From a virus (lineage: Duplodnaviria > Caudoviricetes), in IMG/VR virus record IMGVR_UViG_3300029305_002470, positions 1 to 64,000 of that record: 64,000 nt of DNA; one strand, 5' to 3'. Numbering within the stretch: the first letter of the stretch is position 1; each line of letters starts with the position of its first letter. The notes below the pieces were generated by a model, which did not search any database, was not told the DNA's origin, and was given only the letters and a program-made list of their open reading frames with translations. Shown one piece after another: positions 39,475 through 50,679 of the stretch. A program made the translations under genes and the position numbers.

Positions 39475-39903
39475 ATGGGTCTTGAGAATGGTATTCAATT
39501 GATAACAAAACAAAAGATTAATTTGGATGATTGGGATATAATGCCAGAATATGTTCATATAGAATTTGATGAGTTTGATACTAATAAATACAAAGATGGA
39601 TATTATTACAATATTTGTTATTGGAGAAAGTGTTCCTGTATTAGAGACTCAATTTTAAATAATATTTTTAATGAGCATAATAGTGCAGGTGGTATTTTTG
39701 AAATAGACAAACCAAATCAAATCGAACAGATTCAAAACATATTGATATATCACTTGCTTAATCCAGAAGCGTGGAGAAGTGCAATTTGGACATTGGATGA
39801 AGCTTGTCGTAATATTGCACAATGTATTATTAATCTCACATGGTTAAAAAATTTTATGGCAGAACATGTAGAAGCAAGGATAATATTTTATGACAGTTAT
39901 TAA
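39475..39903 (+). CDS. hypothetical protein
   Basis: MGL.NG...YWRK...FY.SY pattern common in phage ORFs; AAGGAG RBS. Confidence 0.7.
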   Translation: MGLENGIQLITKQKINLDDWDIMPEYVHIEFDEFDTNKYKDGYYYNICYWRKCSCIRDSILNNIFNEHNSAGGIFEIDKPNQIEQIQNILIYHLLNPEAWRSAIWTLDEACRNIAQCIINLTWLKNFMAEHVEARIIFYDSY

Positions 39904-39911
39904 GGAGTAAT

Positions 39912-40115
39912 ATGAAACGAAAGAAAAATATTTTATCATGTCCATTTTGTGGGAGTAAAGCAAATTTGTTTGTAATGGATAGTGGTAAAAAAGATGGTAA
40001 AAAATATTATGATATAGAGTGTACTCAGTGTGGAGCAATTATGTTAACGCCTAAACAGCATATGCTTTCTGATAATAAAATAGATATTATAGAAAGGTGG
40101 AATCATAGAGTATGA
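39912..40115 (+). CDS. Lar-family restriction alleviation protein
   Basis: CPFCG...C..CG...WN.R. Confidence 0.7.
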   Translation: MKRKKNILSCPFCGSKANLFVMDSGKKDGKKYYDIECTQCGAIMLTPKQHMLSDNKIDIIERWNHRV

Positions 40116-40455
40116 ATGTAGAAACTATTATAAAAGATATTACAGATAGTCGTGCTTATATGATAGGTTATGAAGATGGATTTAATGATTGGCGAAAGCA
40201 ACATGAAGTTATTGAAGAAGTTTTGAATCATGAATATAATCGTGGATATAAAAATGGCTATAATGATGGAATAAAGGTTAATCAAAATAATGAATAAAAA
40301 AACATTAATTAAAGATACGGAAAATATGGAAACTATTATGTCACGTACCGCAGAGCCTTGTGATATATGGCAAGATAGATTTATATATGACATGGCAAAA
40401 ACAATATGGCATATTTTACAACATATATATAAAAAAGAATACAAGGATTTAAATA

Positions 40456-40779
40456 ATGAAGAATAAAATAATTGCAGTAGATTTTGATGGTACATTATTT
40501 GAAAACAAATATCCATATATTGGTAAACCTAATATTAAACTTATTAATAAATTAATTAAAAGACAGAATAAGGGTGATAAAATTATATTATGGACTTGCA
40601 GAGAAGGTCAGGAATTAACAAATGCCATTAATGCTTGCAAAGTGTTTGGTCTTGAATTTAATGCTATTAATGATAATGTATCAGAAATAATTGAAGCATG
40701 GGGAGAAAATACAAGAAAAATATTTGCCAATATTTATATAGATGATTTAAATAAATCAGTAACATTATGGGAAGAGTAA
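40456..40779 (+). CDS. HAD-superfamily hydrolase (short)
   Basis: IAVDFDGTL, IILWTCR, K..A..YIDD. Confidence 0.8.
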   Translation: MKNKIIAVDFDGTLFENKYPYIGKPNIKLINKLIKRQNKGDKIILWTCREGQELTNAINACKVFGLEFNAINDNVSEIIEAWGENTRKIFANIYIDDLNKSVTLWEE

Positions 40780-40785
40780 AATAAT

Positions 40786-41121
40786 ATGTATAGTAAACAT
40801 TATCCAAATATTGAATTATTAGTATATCAGACACGATTTCTTTTGTTAAAAGAAGATAAAGATAAATACAATAATCTTAATTTAAGCGTTGATATTTTTC
40901 CACAAACTTGGGCAAGTACAGCATTAGGATTTGGTGGCATTGGTGGTCAAGCAATGACAACTGCATATACTACTATAGTTTATGACGTATTAAAAGAAGT
41001 CTATGTAATATTTTTTGATAATAAATTTGCATATATGGTTGAATCACCTAATGATAAATTTATTAAAGATATGTATAATAGACAAATGTTATCTATAGAT
41101 AAGGCATTAAAGGAGTATTAA
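40786..41121 (+). CDS. hypothetical protein
   Basis: FPQTW.STALGFGG.GG.AMT.AYT conserved phage-type motif. Confidence 0.7.
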   Translation: MYSKHYPNIELLVYQTRFLLLKEDKDKYNNLNLSVDIFPQTWASTALGFGGIGGQAMTTAYTTIVYDVLKEVYVIFFDNKFAYMVESPNDKFIKDMYNRQMLSIDKALKEY

Positions 41122-41407
41122 AGATAGACAATGAGTACAAGTGTAATTGTTAGTATAATGTGTATGCTTTCTTATTTAATAGGGTTATGGGTCGGTAAAA
41201 ATAAATTAAAATAAAAGGAATAAATTATGATATATGAATTTGGACGAGACATAATTTACTGTTGCAAATGTATTAGACACTTCTTCAGAGCAATGTTCTG
41301 TAAGGATTATTATACCGAGTTGCATGGAATTGGTCTGTGTGGGCAGTATAGCAGAGAAGAACCATTCCCGATACGATACTGTAATTACGAACGTTGCCCA
41401 AAACTGA

Positions 41408-42065
41408 AAGGAGTAGACGATGATTGAGTTGAAAATAGAGGGATGTTGCCGAGATTGTAATTCGATAGTTTTAGAACTTCGGAAGTTTGGTGAAGACTAT
41501 TGGGTTAAATGCATACATCAGGATGTATGCGGCAAGTTGGAGAAGGAAAAACAAGAAGGAGCAGACGATGAAGCATCAGATTGATATAACTCCAAACAAC
41601 GCTATCTACATAGACGGGAAACGAGTTGTCGGCAGAAAGCCGTATGGATTTTTTGAAACAAAAACAATACGAATAACTGACAGCGACCTTGTAGAAATAG
41701 CTAATCGTTGCGAGGAGTTGATGAAAGGAGCAGACGATGAGGTGCGTTGATTGTGAACTGCACGATTGTGTAGTCGGTACACATTTCTGTAACTACAAAG
41801 GCAAAAGCGGAAGACGTAGACCAAGACGCATAAGTGAAGAAGATGCGCACAAGGATGTACCTTGCGAATATGTCGAAAAGGTGAAAGGGGAGTAGACAAT
41901 GAGTGAAGTAATGACGATTTACAGTAACAATGGAGCAGTGAGGATAGTTACCGATGGTGAATATTATTACATACAGAACGGTGGCTGTTATGAAAGATTT
42001 GATAATCTTGAATCTGCAAAAGAAACTGCAATGTCACTGTATTAATTAGAAGGAGCAGTGAATGA
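41408..42065 (+). repeat. five copies of gene-junction motif (A/G)(A/G)GGAGYAGACRATGA
   Basis: At 41408, 41556, 41725, 41887 and 42050 (last degenerate); each supplies the RBS and ATG of the next small ORF. Confidence 0.7.
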
Positions 42066-42373
42066 GTGACAGATTGTTAAAGGAATCAGATGTATTAAAA
42101 GCAATTGATAAAAGAGTTGAAGAACTGTCAAAAGACCCTGTATTTATACGTAAGAACGGAATCATAGATATTATGGGAGTCAAGAAATACATTTTAGCTA
42201 TTCCATCTGTAGAAAGACCGAAAGGTAAGTGGATAGACAGAGGCGAGTATGCAGAGTGTTCAATATGCGGAGCGCATAGCGGAACGCAGTTTAATGGTGT
42301 TGAACCTATTCCATTAAAGACAAACTTCTGTCCTAATTGCGGTGCTGATATGAGAGATAAAAACGATGAATAG
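42062..42373 (+). CDS. zinc-ribbon protein
   Basis: GKW.....CSICG......FCPNCGADM. Confidence 0.7.
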   Translation: MSDRLLKESDVLKAIDKRVEELSKDPVFIRKNGIIDIMGVKKYILAIPSVERPKGKWIDRGEYAECSICGAHSGTQFNGVEPIPLKTNFCPNCGADMRDKNDE

Positions 42374-42749
42374 ATATATAGATGCGAATAAAATTGATAT
42401 AAGAGCAAGAGAAGGATATAACCATGATGGCGTATTATATTTACCTTATCGTGATATCAGAAAATCACTTGATTCTGCACCAAGTATAGATATAGTATTT
42501 TGTCGAGAGTGTAAGTATAGGAATAATCGAGAAAAATGTTCTATGCGAGTATTTACAGGTGACAATGATTTTTGTTCATATGGAGACAAGAAATGATAAA
42601 TGATATAGTATGTTATGCAAATAAATGTAAATATAATGATAATACAAAAAATGAATGTATGAAAGAAATTATTTGTATTAAACCTAACATAGATGATGCA
42701 GAACCTGCTTATTGTGATAATTATATTGACCCATTTTACGAGGATGAAT

Positions 42750-43091
42750 ATGATGAATAATAAAATAAGAAAAGATTGTTTTTGGTATAGACCGTGGCAA
42801 GATATGTCGGCAACATTTCATCAATGTCATTTAAAAGATACTGCTGAAGAATGTGATGGTACATGTGATAATTTTATACATAAAGATGTAGTTGATAGAT
42901 TAATATATAAAGTTATACAAACACCATTTCATAATCGGCATACCGCTGAATGGATAGATTATTATAATAATTTTAAATGTACTCATTGTGGTTTTGAATT
43001 AGATGGAGAATTTCCTTATTTTGAAATGGACTTGCCAAATTATATGCCTGCATATTGTCCTAAGTGTGGATTTCCAATGTATAAAGAATAA
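42750..43091 (+). CDS. zinc-ribbon protein
   Basis: EW...FKCTHCG...YCPKCG; start moved to ATG 42750. Confidence 0.65.
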   Translation: MMNNKIRKDCFWYRPWQDMSATFHQCHLKDTAEECDGTCDNFIHKDVVDRLIYKVIQTPFHNRHTAEWIDYYNNFKCTHCGFELDGEFPYFEMDLPNYMPAYCPKCGFPMYKE

Positions 43092-43316
43092 AATAAAAAA
43101 CTTGATTTTACATATAAAATATAGTATAATATATGAGAGGTTAAAATGAACCCAGCGATATTTATAATTGTTATTCTCATTGCTATTGGAATTTGGTTTG
43201 TATTGGCACGTAAAAATATTTTTATACAAACCGAAAACTTTATAGATGAAAGTATAAATATGGGAATACATGATAAAGAAATTACAGATGTAGATTTTGA
43301 GACAAAGGAGTATTAA

Positions 43317-44162
43317 ATGAGAAAAGGTATAACAGGAGCGGTAGTTGCAGGTGGAGCAATTATACTTGCAATTATTCTATTGATTATGTGTTCGGTAAGA
43401 GTGCCAGCAGGTTATGTAGCAGTGCAATATAGTCTTAACGGTGGTGTAAAAGATAAGGTTCTTACACAAGGTTGGCATATGATTCCACCAACAGTACATG
43501 CTACAAAATATACTGTAGGTATTGAACAGTCATATCTTACTAAAGATGACCGTGGTGATAGCGAAGATGATGAAAGTTATTCGGCTTCTTCAGCAGAAGG
43601 TAAGGCTCTCGATATTGAATTGACTTATACATATCAGTATCAACCAGAAAATGTTACTGCTGTATTTACTCGTTTTAAGGGACAGAGTGGCAAAGAAGTA
43701 AAAGAGTCATTTATTAAGCCTAATATTATTTCATGGTCAAAAGAAGTTATTGCAAGATATAATGTAGCTGATATTCTTGGTGCTGAAAAGGCGAATGTAA
43801 ATAAGGATATCACAGAATATGTTGCTAAGAAATTTGAGCCATATGGTATTACTATTAGTAATGTATCACTTATTAATGTAGGTGTTGATAAGAAAACTAA
43901 AGAAGTTATCAATGATAAAATTGCCGCACAGCAGAAAGCTGAAACACAAAAGATTGAAAATCAAACAAAAGTAGATAAGGCAAAAGCCGATGCAGAAGCA
44001 AGATTAATTGAAGCTAAAGCTGAAGCTGAAGCAAATGAACTTTTGCAGAAATCACTTTCTGATAAGGTACTTAAACAGCAGTATCTTGAAAAGTGGGATG
44101 GAGTGCTTCCAAAAGTTAGTTCAGATAGTTCAATGATATATGATATCGGAGATGTCGAATAA
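43317..44162 (+). CDS. SPFH/prohibitin (band 7) membrane protein
   Basis: N-terminal TM, VPAGYVAV, coiled coil with AEA repeats, YLEKWDG.LP. Confidence 0.88.
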   Translation: MRKGITGAVVAGGAIILAIILLIMCSVRVPAGYVAVQYSLNGGVKDKVLTQGWHMIPPTVHATKYTVGIEQSYLTKDDRGDSEDDESYSASSAEGKALDIELTYTYQYQPENVTAVFTRFKGQSGKEVKESFIKPNIISWSKEVIARYNVADILGAEKANVNKDITEYVAKKFEPYGITISNVSLINVGVDKKTKEVINDKIAAQQKAETQKIENQTKVDKAKADAEARLIEAKAEAEANELLQKSLSDKVLKQQYLEKWDGVLPKVSSDSSMIYDIGDVE

Positions 44163-44187
44163 AATATAAAGGTAGGACTCATAGAAT

Positions 44188-44382
44188 ATGAAGAATAATA
44201 AAACAGAAGTTTCATATCATGGAGCAGGGTTTGCTGAATTGTTATGTTTAGCATTCATAGTGCTTAAATTAACACATGTGATTAATTGGTCATGGTGGGC
44301 TGTAACTGCTCCAATATGGATACAATTTATTTTAATTATAATTACTTTAATTTTTTATGCATTTGTAAAATATATTCTTTAA
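44188..44382 (+). CDS. small membrane protein
   Basis: G.G...LL...FIVLKL...I.WSWW.V.AP.W conserved phage TM motif. Confidence 0.7.
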   Translation: MKNNKTEVSYHGAGFAELLCLAFIVLKLTHVINWSWWAVTAPIWIQFILIIITLIFYAFVKYIL

Positions 44383-44469
44383 TTAAAATAAAAAATAAAT
44401 AATTTATTTTAATTAATTTTAATTTAAAATTAATTATTTTTTATTAAAAAATATTAAAAGGAAAAATAT

Positions 44470-45045
44470 ATGATACCAACATTATATGATAAATTTAAAC
44501 CATGGTCTGCTAATGGCAGTATATATATAATATCAGATACACATTTCGAAGATGTTGATTGCAAGTTAATGGATAGTAATTGGATATCACCACAAGAACA
44601 TATAGATAATATAAAAAAATATGTACATAAAAATGATACTCTTATTCATCTTGGAGATGTAGGCGACCCAAAATGGTTGAATCAAATAAAAGCGTATAAG
44701 GTTTTAATTATGGGCAACCATGACCAAAGTGCCACAAAGTTTAAATCATACTTTGATGAAATATATACTGGCCCACTTTTTATAGCAGAAAAGATTTTAC
44801 TTTCTCACGAATCAATAATTAATGGGTCTGCATGGTTTAACATACATGGACATGACCATAATAAATTATCGTATACTGAATGGCGAACTAACCAAGGTTT
44901 TACAGAATCGTGGAACGAATTAAATCTTGCCGCCAATGTTGTAGACTATCAAGTATATAATTTAGGCAATGGTATTAAAAATGGTTTATTGTCATATGTA
45001 GATGGTGTTCATAGATTGACGATAGATAAAGCAAGTAAAAAGTAA
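44470..45045 (+). CDS. metallophosphoesterase
   Basis: SDTH, HLGD, GNHD, SH, HGH.H. Confidence 0.85.
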   Translation: MIPTLYDKFKPWSANGSIYIISDTHFEDVDCKLMDSNWISPQEHIDNIKKYVHKNDTLIHLGDVGDPKWLNQIKAYKVLIMGNHDQSATKFKSYFDEIYTGPLFIAEKILLSHESIINGSAWFNIHGHDHNKLSYTEWRTNQGFTESWNELNLAANVVDYQVYNLGNGIKNGLLSYVDGVHRLTIDKASKK

Positions 45046-45422
45046 AACGCAATATATTACTGTTTAATGTTTACTATTATAGACAAAAATATATATAATG
45101 CTTATAATAGTAAACTTCTTTATATCATATGATAAGGAGAAGTTATGGATTTTAAATTTACGGATAATTTTGAAGGAACACTTGAATTAACAAAAGACTC
45201 TTATAATAATTTGTTAGAGATTTTTAATTTGCCAAAAGAGGATAATGAAATGAAAAATATGATAACCGTATATGATATATATGATATAGATAATCATGAA
45301 AAAATTCTTAGAGTTTATACTGAAGTTGCACTTGCAATAGTAGTTGTAGTATTAGCTCAGGAAATGTTTAATATGCAGATACAGCCAGTTTTAATTAAGG
45401 CAGAAGAATGTGAATAAATAAA

Positions 45423-46178
45423 ATGATACAATTATATAATGATGATTGTTTTAACATATTTAAATCTATAGAAGATAATTCTATAGATTTAATATTATGT
45501 GATTTGCCATATGGATTAAGTCGCACAAAAAAGATATGGGATTGTGCGTTACCATTAGATAAATTGTGGCAAGAATATAATCGTATTATTAAATCACAAG
45601 GTAATATAGTTTTATTTAGTAGTGGGTTGTTTACTATTGATTTAATTAACAGCAATCGTAAACAATATAAATATAAACTTATATGGAAAAAGAATACTGC
45701 AAGCGGTATGGGACTTGCTAAATATCGTCCTATGAATTATTACGAAGAGATATGTGTATTTAATAATACTAATGCTACATATAATCCTCAGATGAAACTA
45801 AGAGAAAACAAAGCTAAACATTCATATAAATACAATCATTCATGCCGTAATAGTAATCATGTTAATTTTAAAGATAAAGAATATAAATATAATCCAGATT
45901 GGGTACAGCCAAGTAATGTTTTAGAATTTAATACTGTACCTAATCGTAATGGTAAATTGCATCCAACACAAAAACCAGTAGATTTATGTGAATGGTTAAT
46001 TAAAACATATAGTAATGAAAATGATATTGTATTGGATAATTGTATGGGCAGTGGGACTACTGGTGTGGCATGTATAAATACTAATAGAAATTTTATTGGT
46101 ATTGAAATAGATGATGGTTATTTTAATATAGCGGAGCAAAGAATAAATGAAAAAACGAATAGACCCAATAATGGTTAA
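45423..46178 (+). CDS. DNA methyltransferase (N4-C/N6-A, beta class)
   Basis: DLPYG before HPTQKP and D.CMGSGTTG. Confidence 0.9.
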   Translation: MIQLYNDDCFNIFKSIEDNSIDLILCDLPYGLSRTKKIWDCALPLDKLWQEYNRIIKSQGNIVLFSSGLFTIDLINSNRKQYKYKLIWKKNTASGMGLAKYRPMNYYEEICVFNNTNATYNPQMKLRENKAKHSYKYNHSCRNSNHVNFKDKEYKYNPDWVQPSNVLEFNTVPNRNGKLHPTQKPVDLCEWLIKTYSNENDIVLDNCMGSGTTGVACINTNRNFIGIEIDDGYFNIAEQRINEKTNRPNNG

Positions 46179-46390
46179 GGAAGCTATAAATAATAAACAA
46201 CTTCGTGTATGGTGGATGGAAGACCCACATACACATCATAAAAAAGTATATCTATCTGATGTAATAGAAAATAGAGAACCTTTTGTTCAAGAATTAGGCG
46301 ATACGGTATTTCTAATTGAAACGCCATAAAAATGCAATATATTATAAGTTATTGCAATGTTATTGAACCTTTAGATATATATGTAGAACA

Positions 46391-46660
46391 ATGAGAACTA
46401 AAGCAGAACGTAGACATAATGATTGGCATAAGGCTATTAGAAAGCAAGAGTTGTATAGATGTTTTATGAGTTGTTGCAGAACTAATAATAATTTATACGA
46501 TAATCTTCATCAATATTCAAAAAATAAAATACATGTTTCTGATGCACATGGCGGCAAGAAAACTAATAATCGTGGTAGAAAAAAATATTATGGACAAGGG
46601 TGCAAACTTTGGAAAGCATCTGATTTAAGAAAAGTCGTAGGATTAATGGAGCAGTTATAA
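46391..46660 (+). CDS. hypothetical basic protein
   Basis: MRTKAERR...QYSKNKIH. Confidence 0.6.
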   Translation: MRTKAERRHNDWHKAIRKQELYRCFMSCCRTNNNLYDNLHQYSKNKIHVSDAHGGKKTNNRGRKKYYGQGCKLWKASDLRKVVGLMEQL

Positions 46661-47419
46661 ATGAATTATTTTGGTAGCAAAAGTAGACAAGCTAAATATA
46701 TTGTACCTATTATACAAAAGTATATAGATGATAATGGTGTTAGTATGTATTTAGAGCCATTTGTAGGTGGAGCAAATATTATAGATAAAATAGTTTGTGA
46801 TAATAAAATTGGCACAGATATAAATAAATATATTATAGCATTATTTAACTATATACAAAATGGTGGACGATTAAAAGATTCTTATACAAAAGATATATAT
46901 GATAAAGCTCGTAAAGCTTGGCACAATAATAATAAAGATAAAGAATTTGAAGATTGGGAAATAGGTGCTATAGGTTGGCTGTGCAGTTATAATGGTCGTG
47001 GGTTTGATGGTGGATGGGGATATGAAGCTATGCAAACTAAGCCAAATGGAAAGACTGTACATAGGAAGTTTTATGAAGAGCGCAAAAATAATTTACTAAA
47101 ACAAGCACAATCTCTATTATGGCAGGATATTAAGTTTGAATGTTTAGATTATAGAGAACATTATCTAGTTAACTGTGTAATATATTGTGACCCACCCTAT
47201 AAAGGGACAAAACAATTTGCCAATTCTGTTAAGTTTGACCATGAAGAATTTTGGGATATTATGAGGGATTGGAGTAAAAGAAATATAGTTCTTATTTCTG
47301 AGCAAGAAGCACCAGATGATTTTGTTTGTATTTGGGAAAAAGAGGTAGCAAGAACTATTATACCAAAAGCAATACCGAAGTCAACTGAAAAATTATTTAT
47401 ATATAAGGATAATATATGA
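46661..47419 (+). CDS. Dam-like (D12 class) DNA adenine methyltransferase
   Basis: Y.GSK, YLEPFVGGA, YCDPPY, ISE. Confidence 0.88.
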   Translation: MNYFGSKSRQAKYIVPIIQKYIDDNGVSMYLEPFVGGANIIDKIVCDNKIGTDINKYIIALFNYIQNGGRLKDSYTKDIYDKARKAWHNNNKDKEFEDWEIGAIGWLCSYNGRGFDGGWGYEAMQTKPNGKTVHRKFYEERKNNLLKQAQSLLWQDIKFECLDYREHYLVNCVIYCDPPYKGTKQFANSVKFDHEEFWDIMRDWSKRNIVLISEQEAPDDFVCIWEKEVARTIIPKAIPKSTEKLFIYKDNI

Positions 47420-48090
47420 GAATTATAGATAAGAATACAGATTTTTACGATTATTATCAAAATATATACAAAGATGATACGTTTGTTTTTGACCGCAGAG
47501 ATTCATTTCTTTTAACAAAAGAAATGTTATGCAATTATTTATATATAAATAAGTATTATAGTTGGATATTAAGACAATATAAATATAACCCGTTCTATTT
47601 TATGTTATTACAAATATGTAATACGTTTTGGTTATTTGTAATTGAAGTAACTGAAATAGATAACTATGATAAAGCAAAGAAATATAATATTGAATTATTA
47701 TGTCAATGGAAGAATTATAATAAATCAAGAAAGCTTTGTGAATTAAGTATTATAGATTTTTATCATTATACAAGAGATGATAAGGATTATATTTATAATA
47801 ATATAAATACTTTTATAACTGCTGTTAATACAAATAATTATAAATTAAAGAAAATAATTGATGAGCAAACTATATATAATGGTAATGAAAAAATTAAAAA
47901 ACATATTCCATTATTAAAAGCTTGCGGCATTGCAAACTGTATAGATGCCCATGACGTATATTTGGCATTTGAAGAATATTTCTCTCTTGAAAAATCTTCA
48001 ACAGAAAGGAGAGAGCCAATTGGGACAACCGATATAGATAAAATAGAAAGTCATGGGTTTGATAAAAAGATTTCTTTTAGAGGTAAATAA
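47416..48090 (+). CDS. hypothetical protein
   Basis: MRIID..DFYDY...KI..HGFD.K.SFR. Confidence 0.7.
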   Translation: MRIIDKNTDFYDYYQNIYKDDTFVFDRRDSFLLTKEMLCNYLYINKYYSWILRQYKYNPFYFMLLQICNTFWLFVIEVTEIDNYDKAKKYNIELLCQWKNYNKSRKLCELSIIDFYHYTRDDKDYIYNNINTFITAVNTNNYKLKKIIDEQTIYNGNEKIKKHIPLLKACGIANCIDAHDVYLAFEEYFSLEKSSTERREPIGTTDIDKIESHGFDKKISFRGK

Positions 48091-48385
48091 TGAACTGGGG
48101 ATTTATATCATGTGCATTAATAAATATAGCCAATATAGTTTGTTTTACTATATTAGCTATAACATTTAATAAGTGGTGGATAATTTTATTCGCATGTTTA
48201 TTTCAGGCTTTTTATAAGCATGGCGATGGTGAAGATGATGAGAAAAAGAAGTAAACGTATAAATAAAGAACAGGAATGTCCATTATTTAAATGGTGTCCA
48301 AGTCATACTGCTGTATGTAGAGTTTGTTTACCAGATGATGGATGTTATTGGTATAGATGGTTTAAGCAATTAATAGAGGAAGATA

Positions 48386-48724
48386 ATGGAAAAATATAAA
48401 GCCAAAGGCGTAATCAATTTTGTATTTAATGGTTGCGATGTGATAATGCAGGAAAGAGATTTTACTGTTGCTGAAAAGGATTTAGGTTGGGATGAATTTC
48501 CTATTTATGATTTGATGAGTGGTGAAGAATTTCTGTATGATGTAGATAATGGATTTTTTATTGATTATGATGGTTCTCTTGCAGAAGTATTTGTAGATGG
48601 ATATCTTTCTAATTTAGGACTTCAGCATAGAGGCATACGTCAGGGACAGTTTCTTGCTACTAAAGAGTTTTGGGAAAATCTTATGAAGACAAATAAGATA
48701 GAAGTAAATTGGGCAAATAAATAA
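48386..48724 (+). CDS. hypothetical protein
   Basis: ORF with RBS. Confidence 0.65.
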   Translation: MEKYKAKGVINFVFNGCDVIMQERDFTVAEKDLGWDEFPIYDLMSGEEFLYDVDNGFFIDYDGSLAEVFVDGYLSNLGLQHRGIRQGQFLATKEFWENLMKTNKIEVNWANK

Positions 48725-48736
48725 GGAAATAGTAAA

Positions 48737-49294
48737 ATGGCAGAAATTAAAAGAACATATGAAAAGCGTAAACAATTGTTTAGCGATATGATGTTGGAAT
48801 GTGGATTATGTTTAACAGATATTGTAGAATTAAGTGACGGATTGGACAGTATAGGATATTTTACAATGCCAGCATCTATTAATCATCATGGCAATTATGA
48901 GGGTGGATTGTTTGACCATTCTTATGCAGTAGCAGATAATTTAATTAATTTAACAATTAAATTAAATTTACAGTGGGAAAGAAAATGTAGTCCTTATATT
49001 GTAGGATTATTTCATGATTTATGTAAGTGTCAAAATTATATATATAATATTGAAACAAAACAATGGGAATATAATAATAATATTATTATGACTGGTCATG
49101 GCGATTTATCAGTAATAATGGCACAACAGTTTTGTATTTTAAATGAAGAAGAAATTACCTGTATACGTTGGCATATGGGTGCATATGATGATAAGGAGAA
49201 CTGGAATATATTAGGCAGAGCAATAGAAAAATATCCAAATGTATTATATACGCATACTGCCGATATGATTGCAAGTAGAGTAAATGGCATATAA
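48737..49294 (+). CDS. HD-domain phosphohydrolase
   Basis: HH...GGL..HS, LFHDLCK, GHG, IRWHMG, HTADM. Confidence 0.85.
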   Translation: MAEIKRTYEKRKQLFSDMMLECGLCLTDIVELSDGLDSIGYFTMPASINHHGNYEGGLFDHSYAVADNLINLTIKLNLQWERKCSPYIVGLFHDLCKCQNYIYNIETKQWEYNNNIIMTGHGDLSVIMAQQFCILNEEEITCIRWHMGAYDDKENWNILGRAIEKYPNVLYTHTADMIASRVNGI

Positions 49295-49685
49295 TAAGTC
49301 GAGCATTTGGCATAAAAGGAATATAATTATGTTATGGGAACATTATTATAATGATTTGACATTAGATGATTTTATTAAGTTTTATAAGAAAATACAAGTA
49401 GAAGAATCACGTTGGTATGGAGTTGTAATGACAAATTATTTATATGAATCATTACAGTCTGAATTGGATTTAATTGTTACGTATTCTTTTGATTATTTGG
49501 CTAGTTTGTATGGATTACATGTTTTAGTATTTGATGAATATTGTAATGCACATAATATACAATGTGCTGTTGTAGATGAGAATACATATTATGCAATGTG
49601 CAAAGGTAAAGAATATACGGAAATAGGAAAGGAAATTTCACAGGTTTTAGATAAGGTACAGGATAAAATAAATGAAAGATTATAG
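49284..49685 (+). CDS. hypothetical protein
   Basis: Coupled ORF. Confidence 0.55.
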   Translation: MAYNKSSIWHKRNIIMLWEHYYNDLTLDDFIKFYKKIQVEESRWYGVVMTNYLYESLQSELDLIVTYSFDYLASLYGLHVLVFDEYCNAHNIQCAVVDENTYYAMCKGKEYTEIGKEISQVLDKVQDKINERL

Positions 49686-49938
49686 AAGTAAGGCAGAACA
49701 AGCTATAGAAGGCTTGATGTTAATAAAAAGAAATGTTAAAGAAAATAGTCATGAAGATTATTATTTAAATTGTGGCATTAAAGCATTGTCTAAAGATATT
49801 CCTGCCAAAGTGGAAACACATATAGATTTAAGAAGATTTAGTATAGATAGTTTTTGTCCGATGTGTAATAATATGTTGTGTAATGACCGTGATATTAAAT
49901 ATTGTGAAGCATGTGGACAAAGATTATATTGGGAGTAA
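49672..49938 (+). CDS. zinc-ribbon protein
   Basis: CPMCN...YCEACGQRL.W. Confidence 0.65.
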   Translation: MKDYRSKAEQAIEGLMLIKRNVKENSHEDYYLNCGIKALSKDIPAKVETHIDLRRFSIDSFCPMCNNMLCNDRDIKYCEACGQRLYWE

Positions 49939-50127
49939 TTTAGTGGGCAGATTAAATGATGTAACATTAACAGATGAATATATAGATGCTTATGTTAATG
50001 ATTATGATTTACAAAAAATATATTTAGTATTAAGGGATATATCTGAAACATTGGCAATGTTTTATGATAATATATATAATAAAGATGAAGAAACTAATGA
50101 TAGTAATGTAGATAATATGTTAAAGAA

Positions 50128-50496
50128 TTGGAAGTTTCCATGATTAATGGAGAGTTTGAAATGCAGTCAATGATAGATATGAATGAATTTATAAATTATG
50201 GAACATGTTATGATGTAGGAGTAATTTATAAAGATTTTAAATGGGCAAATAAAATATATGATATATTATATAATAAATTAAATGCCGCCATATATACTCA
50301 TCGCAGAAATAGGTATTATATGGATATGACATTATGTGGTGGTATAAGATATAGGTTTTTAAAAGCTGATAATAATTTAGCAGGGTATTATTTTAACAGA
50401 GTATTTATACAGGGAAGTGTATCACAGGATTATATAGATGATTATATTAAGCCAACATTGTATCATCAGAGTGATATAGTTGTCATAGATGATTAG
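50128..50496 (+). CDS. hypothetical protein
   Basis: Last ORF before the non-coding island. Confidence 0.55.
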   Translation: MEVSMINGEFEMQSMIDMNEFINYGTCYDVGVIYKDFKWANKIYDILYNKLNAAIYTHRRNRYYMDMTLCGGIRYRFLKADNNLAGYYFNRVFIQGSVSQDYIDDYIKPTLYHQSDIVVIDD

Positions 50497-50650
50497 TGTT
50501 TGGATGATATGTTACTCAGAATTTACATAGTTTTTTAACGTAAATGGCGGTAATTTCAAGAGAAAGATGGATTATGATATAGTTGATTGTTTAAATAAAT
50601 AAAATGTCTTAAAATCTTGATAGGTCAATATTTTTAATATGGTAAATGAG

Positions 50651-50679
50651 AAAAACAGTACAAAACGTACTGTTTTTTT
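50651..50679. terminator. bidirectional intrinsic terminator
   Basis: AAAAACAGTAC-aaaac-GTACTGTTTTTTT. Confidence 0.7.
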
